Assembly: GCF_018977255.1 (NCBI RefSeq)
Contig: NW_024704763.1
Span: 7,626,001-7,690,000 of the forward strand
Direction: 5' to 3'
DNA length: 64,000 nucleotides
DNA from: Callorhinchus milii
Lineage: Eukaryota
Shown: in pieces, positions 24,873-38,587 of the stretch
How positions within the stretch are numbered: the first letter of the stretch is position 1
How the letters are laid out: the number at the start of each line of letters is the position of its first letter
The notes under the pieces: generated by a model
What the model saw: the letters and a program-made list of their open reading frames with translations, nothing else
Databases searched by the model: none
What the model was told of the DNA's origin: nothing
Made by a program: the position numbers and the translations under genes

Positions 24873-26719
24873 GCAATCAGCAATCTTGCTCCGAGTCCCT
24901 CACCCTCTCTGTTCCACAAATGGTGGTTGAGCCTTCAGCGTGTCTGCCCCCATCCTTTTGGACTCCATCTCACATTCTCTTCGTCTCATCCCCCCTTTCC
25001 TTGTCTCATTCAAGGCCCATCTCAAGACCCACCTCTTCAACTGAGCCTACGGTCAACCCTCCTACCCCCACCCTCCCTTCCCTTCACCTTTCCTGATCCC
25101 AACCCCCAACTCGGGTCCAAATCTCCGACTGCCCAGCGCCCCGGGACGTCCTTCTGATGTGAAAGGTCCTGTACAAATAAATGTAATTCGCTGTTCTTCC
25201 TTCACTGGAGTGACACTGTCACACCAAGAAGCTGAGGCACGATTAAGTTTGCTTTGCCACTGGGAATATTCCCAAACTTGTCAGCTCTCCTTTATTGTGT
25301 AGTGATGAAAAGCTGACAGTTATAGTCTGACACTTGGATTCGACAGACTGGTTTAATGCCGACACCTGCCTTCGGACACTGTAACATGCATTTTGTGTGC
25401 GGGGTCGGAAGGCTTTTTAACTTAGGGACTGACCCACTCGGATTCAGTCGCTATTTCCAGCATTCCTCGAGGCTTGAGCTATCTCAGTGTTTTGCTGTAT
25501 CTTTAACAACATTTACATCAAACTGAGGCACCCAAATGACCTGCCAACATCTGAAGGCAGAAGTATGTAAATAGCGATGTGTGTGATGGGGCGAGTGAGT
25601 GGGAGAGGAGGGGTGAATAATCAGTGAGGCTCATCTGACTTTTGCAAACTGTTTGACCTTGACTCTCATTGCTTCTCATGTCACAACTACTTTAAATAAC
25701 AGCCTTATAATAAATTGTCAGGCAGCTACAGTATATCCTATTGGCAATAATAATAATAATCCTTGTATTAGATGTAGTGCCTTATCACATCGTAGAATTG
25801 TCTCAAAGCCCTTCACAGGATTCTACTGTACTATAAAGCCCAAGCCTTCTGTGAGCAGGTTTAGTCAGAATTGATCTCTGGTTCTGACCTGAACCAACAA
25901 CATGCCCTGAATGTGGAGAAGACAGCAAATACCTTAGGCAAGTTTCCATACTCCACACGCCTCTGTTCACCTAGCCGAGTAGGAAGCCGGTTGTTAGTCG
26001 ATTGGCGGATCCCTTTTCCTGGGGTAATAATCCCTTCAAAAAAATTTAAAAATTAAAAATAAAACTAATAATTTGGTCACTCAATCCAAGACTGTTTGTG
26101 GGTCACTGCTGTGCGCAATTGGATGCCGCATTTTGCCCACAAAATATAGTCAATTAATTTTACAATATGAAGCTCTTTGAGATGTCTCAAAAAAAGGTGA
26201 TAAGGTGTTAAATCAAACGCATGCATTATTATTATTATCTGGGTGTGGTGGGGGAGTTGTTGGCCAGGGCTTAAATGCCCCCATCCTACCCACAAATGCA
26301 ATGTCAACCTTCATCTAGCTTCATTGCATTAAAGCCTCTCCAGCTACTTGAACCTAGAGTAACCAGCTTTAAAGTAGTCACAAACTGAAGATGGTGAATG
26401 TTAATTAGATGTTCAGGAATCGAAAAGAACATGGCACCTTGTGATATTCAGATGACAGTCACTGACATTTTGGCATTACTTTATCTTAGGAAACTCTTGA
26501 GAACGTGTTAACTTTCCAGCCGTCACTTGCTTTCTAAATTCTTTTCTTCAGTGTCCCTCAGTTGACATGTGACCGGAAGACCCTCAATCCACAAGCCGTT
26601 TGATCATAGGAGTATAGGAAAATAGGATCAGTAGAAGGCCCTTCAGCCCTTCGAGCCTGTTCCATCCATTTATTAGAATTGAACATGTCCGCATGCAAAG
26701 TCCCAAATAGGTATGCTTC

Positions 26720-27410
26720 ACTCACTATCTTAAAAACAGTGTGAAACAGCAATAAACACGGCAAACTGGATTCTGGGCTATATTGGTAAATCAGCTGTTC
26801 AGCTCCCCAGGCATTATACTCAGACTGTACAGTGCTTTACTCAGATTACACCTAGATTACGGCATACAGTACTGCTCGCCCTGTCATTAGGGGGGTGGCT
26901 TTGCCCTACCAGCAAATGCAGGGTATGATCCCCAGTGATAGAGGAATCAGCTATGAGCAGCGATTATGCAAGCTCGGGCTCTTCAGACTTGAGAGAAGAT
27001 ACAATACAAAATTACATATTGCACCTTTCATGTCGGGAGGACGTTCCAAGGCCCTGGACAGCAGGGATTTGGACACAAGCTGGGTGGGTGGGGGGATTGG
27101 GATAGGGGAAGATGACCTGATAGAGATAGAGGTGGTATAGCATATTAAATGGGATTTGAAGAGCGAACCCAGGATGCACCAAGATAGTAGAACAAGAAGA
27201 ACATAGGTTTACAGTTGCAAAGAACAATTTCAGGCCAGACACAGGAAGGTTTTCTTTACTTGGTGGATAAGTAACGATTGGAACATGTTGCCAGGAAGAG
27301 TGATTGAGGCCAGGACATTGGGATTTATTTAGTAAGCAGCTTGATGTGGTGATGGGTGTTCTGGGAGGATGAGATCAGATGGGCCAAAGGGACCTCATCC
27401 AAGCCAGGCT
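26720..27410 (+). mobile_element. Decayed CR1 LINE ORF2 3' fragment interrupted by an antisense L2 piece
   Basis: MIPSDRGISYEQRLCKLGLFRLERR, then the insertion, then DLIE...; later RKVFFT...WNMLP. Typical CR1 C-terminus. Confidence 0.8.
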
Positions 27411-28728
27411 TGTGATCTTGTGAGGACCGCCCATAGATGGACAGATGTTATGAGAGACGCTGGAGCTTTACACTGAGAAGCTGCAATCTGCTTCGTTCTT
27501 ATTTCCTTATTACTGAGATCACTTAAGCTCTCTCCAAACTCTCCTCATTTCTTACGGAGTCAGACAACAGCAAATTAAGGTGTGAGAGTCAAAGAAGGAG
27601 AGGGAGAATTAAATCTTCGCTTCCAAAGGTAGATTGTGACCTGAAGCAACAAATGTTAATCAACGCATCAATCATCCAGCAGAACACTGAGCTTCCTATT
27701 TACTTTATTGATCTGAGGTCTTTATTCAGCGCTTGCACAGACAGTCTCTCGATGGTTCAAGCTCCCACAAGCTCCATTTCTGATCACCAACACATGTATT
27801 TTCTCTCCGAGTTAACAGGCAGTTTGAATTAAAACGCACCTTCTAATTGATGTGACATCAATCAGTCAGGTCTCACGTAGGGGTTTCAGTGATGTATGAT
27901 ATTGCATGCATTAGATTGACTCACAACCGGGTTCCTACTTACTGCTTGGTAAACAGAGCTGTGTGGAGTAAGGAAACTTGCCCAAGATTTCGCTCCTCTG
28001 GGGAATCAAACCCTGGTCTCTCGCTTGTGAGGCGAGTGCTCTAACCACTACACCATGGGATCCGAGCCTAGTGTCCTAATGTGGGGCTCAAATGCACAAC
28101 CCTTTGCCTCAGAGGCCTGAGCGCTACCAACTGAGCTAAACTATCCCACCACCAAAGTATGCAAAAAAGAGCACAGCGCCAACAAGATGAATTTGCATCG
28201 CAGAATCCTATTTAGACGTTGATTATATTGAAATGACATGATTGCTAAACCACTTATGGGTTAATGGCTGTATCCCTACTGCTAGTTATTTCAGCTCATT
28301 TACCCTGTCTGACTCAATAACTCTGCAAGCTGTTTTTTTCCCCACCCAATTCTGACAGCAAATGTGCGATTTAACCATTTTTTTTTGCATCCGTTATCTC
28401 TGGAGTTGTCTTTATTTTTACTTTCAATTTCGTCATCTTTTACTCCTGATTATTTTCATGTGGGGTTTATATATGCATATAAAGACGCAACTCCTCTGAG
28501 ATAACACCTGTCCGAGCTTTCTTTTTTGCAATTACTTTCCTTTGCAGACAAATTAGATTAAGGATATTATCTGAGGTGCTGCCTCTCCTCGTCTCACCTA
28601 ATTTACACTGTACCAGTTTAGCAAACAGAAGAAAGGCTTGATTCTAATCTGCGGCTGTAGAGAATGACTCATTGTTTCAGGCTCATAGATTATGTGCATA
28701 TTTTAAGTACCATCTTGAATACCTGTGT

Positions 28729-29117
28729 GTCAGCCTGGCTCAGTTGGTAGGATGTTTGCCTCTGCGTCAGAAGGTTGGGAGTTTAAGTCCCACATGAGGA
28801 CTGGGAATCACAAGTGCTGGGGCTGTGCTATATTGTAGGAGGCACCGTCCTTCGGGTAAGATCTTAAACTAAAGCCCTATCTGTCTGTTCAGGTGGATGT
28901 TGAAGATCCCATGGTGCTATTTGAAAAAAGAAGGGAGTTTCTCTCTCCCGGTGTCCTCAACAAATCTCCAAATAAAATTGGTCACTAACTTCAAGGCTGT
29001 TTGTGGGACATTGCTATGCAGTCACTGCACTTAGATCATATCTTGTGAAGCACTTTAGGATGTCCTTCCTCCCAATGTGAAGGGCACTACACCAAATGTA
29101 AGATTATCTATTATTAC
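28729..29117 (+). mobile_element. DeuSINE-like family B, near full length
   Basis: GTCAGCCTGGCTCAGTTGGTAG head; GTCTGTTCAGGTGGATGTTGAAGATCCCATGG. Confidence 0.85.
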
Positions 29118-29794
29118 TACTATCCAAAGTGTTCAGCACTAAAATTATTCCTAAAAGTAAACCATTTGTTTCCTAAAGGTAAACTTATTATTAATAATAA
29201 TGGTCCAGTTGTTCATTGACCTTTGTTCAAAAAAAAACCTTTGTTTTTATGCCTAATCTTGCCCTGCACAAGTGTGAACCCTCAAATGTATGAACGCACG
29301 TGCCAGAATGAAATGGAAACCCTGGGTTACTTTGTACACATGCCCGGGTGAGATATCACTAGTTTACTAATATATGTACAAAACTGCAGAGCTTTACAGA
29401 TGAAAAAGTTGTTATTGCTTTTCCTTCCAAGACGAGGTGTTTATATTGCTCACTGAAACACTGCCTCAGACTGACTATAGTCCTCCCACACACTCGCACG
29501 GATGCCTTGTGAGTGAATAGCTCCTGCTGTTGCCTTTGGCGCAAACAGAAATAAATATCTGTGCTTGCACTGGATACTGGTCAAATGAATTGCCAGCAAT
29601 GATCTTATAAAGCTGTTTACCCTCTTTTGAAAAGGACTCGCGCTGTGCATGTACTGTCTTTTTGTAGCTCTCATTTTTATGCTGCCCTTTATCAGAACAA
29701 TGGAGCTTTCATGTCAACAGTTGATGGTCTTGTGTGATTCCGTGAAGGGCAATCATGTTAGGAATTGGAGTCTATTTTGGTTTTTGAAAATTGA

Positions 29795-30125
29795 GAGCCC
29801 TTGGCAGAAAGGCCAAGATTTACAGACAAACTAGAGCTCTTCATTCTTGAGGGAAGGTGTCGCAAAGGAGGCCCTATAGAGGCGTATAATACTTTAAGCT
29901 GCTCTAAGACAGTGGAGCAAGAGGACACAGGTTTCGAGATGCAAAGGGCAATTTCTGGAGAGACACCGGGAAGTTTTTCTTTACCCAGAGGGTAATTAAC
30001 GACTGGAACAGATTGCCAGGAAGGGGGGGGGGTTGAGATCAGAGCACTGGATGCATTTAACAAGCAGCTTGATGCTGTGACGGGAGGACAATAGGATAGC
30101 GTGGGTGTCCTGGAATGGGTATTCT
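29795..30125 (+). mobile_element. Decayed CR1 3' fragment
   Basis: TTTTTCTTTACCCAGAGGGTAATTAACGACTGGAACAGATTGCCAG (FFTQRVINDWNRLP). Confidence 0.8.
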
Positions 30126-31299
30126 GTTCCTTTCATTATCATATCTATGTGTTTCGCCCATAAAATACTGTCAATCCATTTTACAATGTATCCCACGAAG
30201 CGCTTTGAGACGTCTTAACAATGTGATAAGGCGCTACATCAAATGCAAGTATTATTACTATTACTATTATTGACCCTCTGGGTAAATAAATACTTCCTGG
30301 TGTATGTCCCGATATTACCTTTTCGATTTCTAAACCCCATAACAACGACTTTGATACAATCTGGTGGGCAGCTCAATGAGAATGGAGTATGTATGACCAT
30401 GGCTTTTCCTATGATGTGAACCCCTAGCCTCATAGTACCAAAGCATTTTCGTGCTGATCCGACAATGTCCAGATATAATTAGGAACATTCTGACTGCTCA
30501 GCGACACTATACAGAACTGTACTTTCAGTCAGACAGATTTTCTTGGGCTTGCGTTTGAAGCCTTGACTCCAAAACATCTAAGCTCCGTGGAGGGAAGCAA
30601 AATTATTGATTGGCCACAGTCCTATTAAAATGCAATTGCTCCTGATCTCATTTTATAATCAATAGGAAACAGTTCTGTAAGATGGGAGCGTGCTGGCACT
30701 GTGTGTTAAGGGGACATTCCAGGCCGCACAAGTAATTACCAAAACTGTCGAGGAGACTTATTATCATTTATTAAAATCAGATTGATGCATGATCTTCATT
30801 TGTTAATGCGCGGGAAGAGGACAGAACCAAACTAGGTGACAAATTGTTGTGTGTGTTCTTCTGGCTGGCAGCTACAGGTCTGACTCAGTTGGTAGCACTC
30901 TCGCCTGCTTGAGTTAATAACTTTAGCAGCAATATCACGAGGAGAGGAAGTGGGTTGAAGTTTGGCTGACCATCCAGTCCAGAGCTGGGGAATGCTGCAT
31001 TATCGGAGGTGCCTTCCTTCGGATGAAATGTTCATAGAATCATAGAAAATAACAGCACAGAAGGAGATCATTCCTTGACGCCTGTGGCACTATTCGAAAG
31101 CAGCAGGAATTTTCTCTCAGTTTACCACCCAGCAATCCCCAAATAAAATCGTTATTCATTTCATATCTGTTTGTGGCTTGTGGAGCATGCCATGTAATAG
31201 ATATTTATCCAGCTTTCTTTTGAAGGGTTAAATCAACACGACATTGCTGCTGAAGTTATTAACAATGTAGGACTCAATATATTTCTGGATCCTCTCTAG

Positions 31300-31301
<2 letters not shown>

Positions 31302-31336
<35 letters not shown>
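31302..31336. repeat. (ATT)n microsatellite
   Basis: Direct reading. Confidence 0.9.
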
Positions 31337-31338
<2 letters not shown>

Positions 31339-31960
31339 CAAATCAAGTATTGTAATAATATGGACATTTCACCAGCTATTTGCAATTTTGAGACACTTAC
31401 CTACTTGCCCCATTATCTTGGTCAATAATCCTCAAGGAATCCCATCCCTGAGCCAGGATTTGCTGTCTCACCACACAGAGACGCAGGTGAAAGCCACGAG
31501 CCATCAGTCACTGCTGGGAAGTGTTTTGTGGCTTCTTCTTGTCTGAAAGAGAGGAGGTGAAATACACAAAACAGGTTAACCCTCAGGTTAATCTGAATGA
31601 AGCTACTTAACAGTCATACTGAGTGTAGAGGACACTGTCAAGACACTAGTTGACTAGTCCATTTGAATCAGTTCTGATGGATTGCACTTAATGGGTGGTG
31701 GTTGGAGGGGAGAGGTGGGGGGGGGGGGGGCGGTGATCTGATTGATAGCTTTGTTCCATTTCCATTATGGGCATCGCAGTGAGCAGCACCCTGCTGAAAT
31801 AAGTACATGTGAGGAAGGTCAGCTCTCAATGTTGTTGCTGGGCGCAACCCGAATTATTATAATAATTATATTAATCCAAACGTTTCATATGTTAGGATTA
31901 AAATTATTATTATTATTTGATTGAAAGGCCCTAAACCAAATGCAAGATTATTCATTCATG

Positions 31961-31996
31961 GATTGATTGATTGATTGATTGATTGACTGATTGATT
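31961..31996. repeat. (GATT)n microsatellite
   Basis: Direct reading; one GACT variant unit. Confidence 0.9.
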
Positions 31997-33661
31997 ATGT
32001 TGGGAGGATAACTCAAAAGTGCTATGCAGAATATTTTGCGGGCGGATGTGACATTCACTTTGCACTAAGTATTGTTCCACAGACAGCCATCAAGTGAGTG
32101 ACCGATTATGTAACAATAATCCTTGCATCACGTCTTCGATATGTCTCAAAAGCGCTTCACAGAATATACTGTAAAGTGAATTGACTGTATAAATTGTGGG
32201 CGGAACGTTCTGTGGGATTGTCGGTTACGACGCCTGGAGAAACACAACTTCTCATTTTGAATTGTGTCTTGAGAGCTTTGACCATCCATCTGAACAGGCA
32301 GACAGCTTAATATCTCTTCCGAAGGACGCTAACTCAACAAAGCAATGCTCCCCCCAGCACAGCCTATATTGTGAGCTCAAAATCCCGAGATGTGATCGTG
32401 TGCAAACAACAGAGTTGTCAATGCCACGGAATACCAGGAGGTGTCATTGTTTGTACACAGGCTATTCACTGGGCACAACCAGGCATAAGTTTGAATGACT
32501 CCTGTGAGTGATTGCAACTGATTGCAAATGTGTGAGTTTTTTCCCACGGTTGTTGCTGCTGACATGTTGTCAGTCTTTCCAGCAAATCGGACGAAAATAA
32601 CTGGTTTTATTGGGTTACTCTGGTATTATACTTTAGTATTATTGGATTGACATGCTCTGCATTTCTGCCAATTTCTTTTGCGTTAATTGATCGATATTTG
32701 TGGACGTGCGTTACACATTTATTAGAATCATAACCTTATCTCTTTTGGATTTGATATAGTACCTTTTAAGTCTGGAGGTCGACTCAAAGCGCTTTGCAGG
32801 ATTTACGGTAAAGTGTAGTGACTGTGTATCTTGTGGGTGAACACAGCAGCCAATTTATGCACAGCAACGTCCCACAGACAGCCAGGAAGGGGATGAATAA
32901 ATTAAAGTATTAAGAGCCCCAAATTATGTCTGGTATTCGTCTGTAAGACTCTTGTGACTTGAAAATTAGGATTGTGCAAAATAGTGAAAAATTCTTAATT
33001 TCAGTCTTAATTTGGAAGCTGATTTGTTCTAAATTAAAAAAAAATGCTCCACATTAAAATGCTGCACCGTTTCAGAATTTCAAGGCTGACACGTCAGTGC
33101 AGCTCTGTGTTGGAGGTGCCATCCTTTTGGATAAAGGCATTAAACTGAGGTTTGTGCTTGTTTCTCTTTGACCGTGCCTTCAGCTCCCCTCTCGACTCTC
33201 TACCCTCTCCTCGCTCCCTCCCTTCCCTCCCCTCACCCTGACCATTTCCCCCCTCCTCGCTCCCTCCCTTCCCTCCCCTCATCCTGACCATTTCCCCCCC
33301 TGCTCGGGTCCTGACCCAACTGTACAGCGCCTTGGGACGTCCTCCCGACGTAAAAGGCGCTTTACAAATGTAATTTTGTTGTTGTTGTTTTGGTTGTTTG
33401 CTTCCTGGCTGTGAAGTTTGGTGATCTCAATTAGATTTCGCCCACAAAATACACAGTCGATCCACTTTACAGTATATTCTGTGAAGCGCTTTGAGACGTC
33501 TCAACTAGGGATTATTATTATTATTATTGCCAAACTGCCATCCCAGCTAAAGCCGGAGCCTGCTACATTGTACACACAGAGGGAAAAATAGGGAGAGCAT
33601 TGTAACGTACATATTACAACACAGATTTGCAAAACACTAAGAGAACCATTCTCAGCAACCT

Positions 33662-34034
33662 ATAATAATAATAATCCGAGTATTTGATATAGCACTTTTC
33701 ACGTGTTCTAGACGTCTCAAAGCTCTTCATAGAATATACTATAAATATTGTAATTGACTGTATATTTGTGGGTGAAACGCGGCAGCCAATTGGGCACAGC
33801 AGTGCCCCACTAACAGTCATGGATTGAGAGACCAAATTATTATTGGTTTTTTTTAGAGATTATTATGCCTAGAAAAGGGATCCTCCAATTGACTAACAAC
33901 CAGGTTCCTGCTTACTGCTAGGTAAACAGACGTGTGAAGTAAGGAAACCTGCTCAACACTTCGTCCTGCCGGGAATCGAACCCAGGTCTCTCAATTGCGA
34001 GGGAAAGATTCTAACCACTGAGCTACAGGACTCC
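33662..34034 (-). mobile_element. SINE family A, full length
   Basis: (TAA)n tail through to CTAACCACTGAGCTACAGGACTCC head. Confidence 0.85.
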
Positions 34035-34542
34035 TGTATGGATGATGGATGAAATTGGGAAAAATACAGTATTAGCAAACAAAAACAGTCCAAGTTCCTT
34101 TGTTGCTTTCTACTCCATGTGTTCCATGTTTTTCTTTGACTGAACAATAAGTTTTGATGCTTTTTGCTTTGTTTCCAAAGTGTTGAAGAGTACTCCAACT
34201 ATAGCCAAATGGCAAGCATTTCCTCAGCTGCTTTTAAAGCATTGCTGTACATACTCACATGTTCTCTGCCTCCTCACCTCCCTTAGACCTCGAGGCGCAA
34301 TTAACGAGTTGGCTCACATTGGTCCAACTGAAATTACAGTGCTTTGAGAAACGCCAGATTTGGATCAAGTGCAAACTCGCTCTGAAATTTGAACATTAAA
34401 GCATTGAACGTGGATTAATTAAAGTCCAAACAAGCTGCAATTATCCTGCCTGAAACACATTTTCTGGCTTGCTTTACTGAATGGCTGCAGGTCATCCCAT
34501 GGTGACTAATGATGTTAGCAGACAAAGGTTCACACCGCCATG

Positions 34543-34937
34543 TGGTGTCCTGTAGCTTAGGGGTTAAAGCATTTGCCTTGCAAGTGAGAGGACCTGGGTT
34601 GGATTCCTTGGGCAGGGCGAAATGTTGGGCAAGTTTCCTTATTCCACATGCCTTTTGTTCGCCTAGCATTAAGTAGGTTACCTGGGTGTTAGTCGATTGG
34701 CGGATTGCTTTTCCGAAGGTGATAATCCCTTCAAATTTTAATAGAAATAAAAAGTCAAACAAATTTGGTCACTCAATCCACAACTGTTTGTAAGAGCTGC
34801 TGTGCGCAATTGGCTACCCCATTTCGCCCCCAAAATATACAATCAATTCATTTTACAGATTATTCTATGAAGTGCCTTGAGACGTCTCAGAGACGTGATA
34901 GTACTCAATATCAAATTCAAGAATTATTATTATTATT
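34543..34937 (+). mobile_element. SINE family A, full length
   Basis: tRNA head, TTGGGCAAGTTTCC body, (TAT)n tail. Confidence 0.85.
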
Positions 34938-35618
34938 ACTATCTCCCTTGAGCCCTTCAGAAGGCAGACGTGTTTTCTCCCCTCTCTGACACGTGATATT
35001 GGCAATGGGCTCTTTAGTCCTGTGGGCTGAGCTATTCTTAAAACACTAATTCGCTGCATCATTCATTGCACAGAATGACAGCCTCCATGCCAAAGGCTGT
35101 TTATTGTACTTCTGAAGGACTGTAATTTTATATATAGATATAGAATGTATAAAAAAAACTGAAATTTAATAGGATAGTGGTTTTTGTTAGCTTACTTCTG
35201 CGCATTTTAAAGATGATCAAAGTCCAGCCAATCTCTGCTATCCAGATAAAGATAAAAGGTAATTTTGGAGTATTTTGAACGAACACAGGCGAGAGTTCTG
35301 AAAGGTACAGCAGGCTACTTGGAGCTCAGCAACCTCATTGCTCATCAGTCACACAAGGGGGACAAAATTGCCTTTAAGTGGCTTGGAGTGTTTTTTATGT
35401 GCTACTGAATGGCATTTTTAACATCCTGCCTGGTGAGAAAGGCACAATGTGAAACGCAAGGATTAAATAATTATTATTATTATAGAGAATTTTCCATTGC
35501 ACTGTTGACCCAAATTACATTACATTGAAGTGGAGTTCCTGCGTGGGGACCAGCTTCTTTATTAAGACATTAGACATGACCCTGTATTAGTCAATCTCGA
35601 TAACAGAAACAGGTCTTT

Positions 35619-35896
35619 TAATAATAAAGCTCCCTGGTTTGACATAGTGCCTTTTCACGTTGTTGAGACATCTCAAATCGCTACACAGAATAAACTGTAA
35701 AGTAACTTAGATTTTTTTTGAGAGATTATTACCTCGGAAAGCGATCCGCCAATTAATTAACAACCGATTTCCTACTTACTATTAAGTTAATAGACACGGG
35801 CAGAGTAAGGAAACGTATCGAAGCTTTCGCCCTGCCCGGGAATCGAACTCAGAACATCTCGCTTGCGAGGCAAGCGCGCTAACCACTAAGATACAG
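35619..35896 (-). mobile_element. SINE family A, internally deleted
   Basis: Tail, body and head present; part of the 3' region missing. Confidence 0.75.
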
Positions 35897-36277
35897 ATAG
35901 CCTTATAACCTTATCAGAATCTCTCTTCCCAAACCTGAGAGAACAACAGTTTTGTAACTGCTTGCCAGTCATCTATTGCCGCCCCCCCCACCCCCCACTC
36001 CCCCCCGCTGGCTCAGCATGGTGCTCAGCCATTGTCAAGCGCTCTGGGACGCTACCCAGAGGCGCTGTGTAAATACAAGTTTTTGTTGTCTTGTCTGGGA
36101 GCTGGTTCATAACCCCAAAAGTAGGTTGAAATTCCTGCACATTTTGCCTGTAATTATTTTGCTGTGCCAATTATGTATAATTCTCCTGTCCGATCTTTAT
36201 TTGGAAACACGTTTTTCTTTTTTAAGAGCTGTAGAAGCTCTGCTTTCAAACTGGACTTAAGAATTCGGTTCCCCGTG

Positions 36278-36693
36278 TAATAATCCTTGCATCTGATACA
36301 GCGATTTTCCTGTCAGGAGGACGCCTCAAAACCCTTCAAAGTTTAGTGTTTATATTTCTAGGCAAACCTGACAGCCCATTTGGGCAGAGCAATGTCCCAC
36401 AAACAGCCATGAAGTGAATGATCTGTGGAATTGCCAGTCAGGACACTAGGAGAAACACATTTCTCTTCTCAAATAGCGCCATGAGATCTTTAACATCCAC
36501 CTGAATAGGCAGACGGGACCTTGGTTTAACATCTCATCCCAAGATGGCACCTCCGACAATACAGCCCCCTCCCACCCCCGGCACTGCATTGGAGTGTCAG
36601 CCTAGACCATGTGAGTTCAAAGTCCTAATGCAGGGTCTGAACCTGCAAACTTCTTCCTCAGAGGCAAGAGTGCTACGACTGAACCAGGCTGGC
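36278..36693 (-). mobile_element. DeuSINE-like family B, full length
   Basis: Tail, Deu domain and head on the minus strand. Confidence 0.85.
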
Positions 36694-38210
36694 ACCTAGG
36701 TTAATCGAATAAATCTAGACCCCAGGTGAAAATTCTCCCCCCATCCATTAACAGCTGCCAAACTTAGGTAATAATAACGCTTCTATAATTGATAACTTTC
36801 AGCGCCTGCTGTGGAAATGCAATTGAAAGTTGATGAAAAGCAGGATTGCTTGCAACAGATGAGAAGACGTGTGTCCTCTGAAGTTGTCTCTGTTGCTTCA
36901 CTTTCACTTTAATATCCAATTAATTTACCCCCCACCCCGCTGCATCCTCCACAAATTATCTTTACGGTATACTGCCGCACATCCCTATGGCCCTCTGTTA
37001 GTGCAGCACAGCACAGTAAATTAACCAGGATTTCAAATGCACTAGAGAGACTTGATGATAATACTGGAAAGCTAGTAATTCACAGCTTTCCAGTAACACA
37101 GGGATTGTACTTGATAACAGAGGCATTTAGGCATCGAGGCAGTAGACTCAGAATGATACTTGTGAATAATAATAATATAATAATCCTTACATTTGATATA
37201 GTACTTTTCATGTCTTCTAGAATGCACTGAGATAGCAGAGCAAGGGGGACACATTTTCAGAGGGGATTTTGAGGGTAGAGCGTAATTAATGGCTGGAATA
37301 GGGTACCAGGAAGTGTGGTGGACTTGTTTTTAAAAGACATAGCTCGGTGCTGTAATGGGAGGTTACTAGGGTAGTATTTCTGGGAGGGTAAGATCAGATT
37401 GGCTGAAGGACCTTCTTCACGCAAACCAATCTGGTGAATCTCTTGGGGATCCTGTAATATGAATCCATCAATTCACTTTCACCACACAATTTCAGTTTCC
37501 CTTCATGTTGCACTTTTGTTGTCTTATGGGAAATAATATCTCGGAATACAGGATATAGTTTGGGACGTGATATGTGTCTGCCAGGATGGGGGAAGGAGAA
37601 ATGGATGGACTTTGGTCTTTTTTCATCTAGCAAATTCTTACGTTCTCATGTCAGGAGGGAGTCCCAAAGTACCTTCAACAGCAACAAATTACATTAGTCA
37701 GCACACCGGGAGAAACTCCCTTCTCTTTTCGAATAGCTTCATGGGATCTTTAGCGCCCACCTGACAGGCAGATGGGACCTCGGTTCAACGTCTCATCCAA
37801 CGGACGGGCAGATGATAGATAGAAGAGAGAGAGGAAGGTGGCTAAAGGTGAAGTTAAAGGCTAAATTGTCAATCTTATTTTGTGAGATAGAGAAATGTCA
37901 CTTTGGAGCAGGAGGATGCGCTCTTGTGAGACTGAGACTTGAGCATATTGTGGTGACAATTCACAGTCCCTTTTACGCCTAACCAAGCTCAAAGTGCTTG
38001 AGTTTTTCCACCATGTGACAAACAAAAATCGAAAATAGTGGCCACTTTCCAAGGCTCAGATCCTCATCTTGACAAGCGCAGAAACTTCATTGGAAACGTT
38101 TCGGATCAATGCTTATTGATGGCGCTGTAATCCGATAACATTCTTCAGGTTAGCAATTATTCTGTGTGAATCCAATAAGGATCAGCACAGCAGTGTGAAA
38201 GGAGAGGATA

Positions 38211-38575
38211 TGGCAGCTTATTTGGTAACACTTTTGCCTTTAGGTCAGAAGGGTTCATGCCTTTAGGATTCATGCCTCACTTTGGGACTTTGAACTCAGT
38301 CTAGGCTGACACTCCAGTGCAGTGCTGGGGGGAGCACTGCATTGTTGGAGGTGCTGTCCTTCAGATGAGACAATAAATTTAAATCTGTTTATTCAGATGG
38401 ACATTAAAGATTCCTTGGGACTACTCAAAAACAGAAGGAAGTTTGTTCTGGCAACCAATTCTCCAGATAAATTGTCCATGCACTTCACAGGTGATTGTGG
38501 ACATTGGCTGCTGTGTTTGCCTACAAAATACACAGTCACTATGTTTAACAGTAATTCCTGTAAAGAGCTTTCAGT
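38211..38575 (+). mobile_element. DeuSINE-like family B, 3'-truncated by an L2 fragment
   Basis: Head and Deu domain present. Confidence 0.75.
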
Positions 38576-38587
38576 GTTTGGCGCTTA

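Noticed and set aside
25313-25330. GACAGTTATAGT-CTGA as a snoRNA guide for 28S ACUAUGACUCUC
   Set aside because: It has a mismatch plus a wobble, the sister copy fits worse, the predicted target U is, as I recall, a pseudouridine site, and no proper terminal stem was found.
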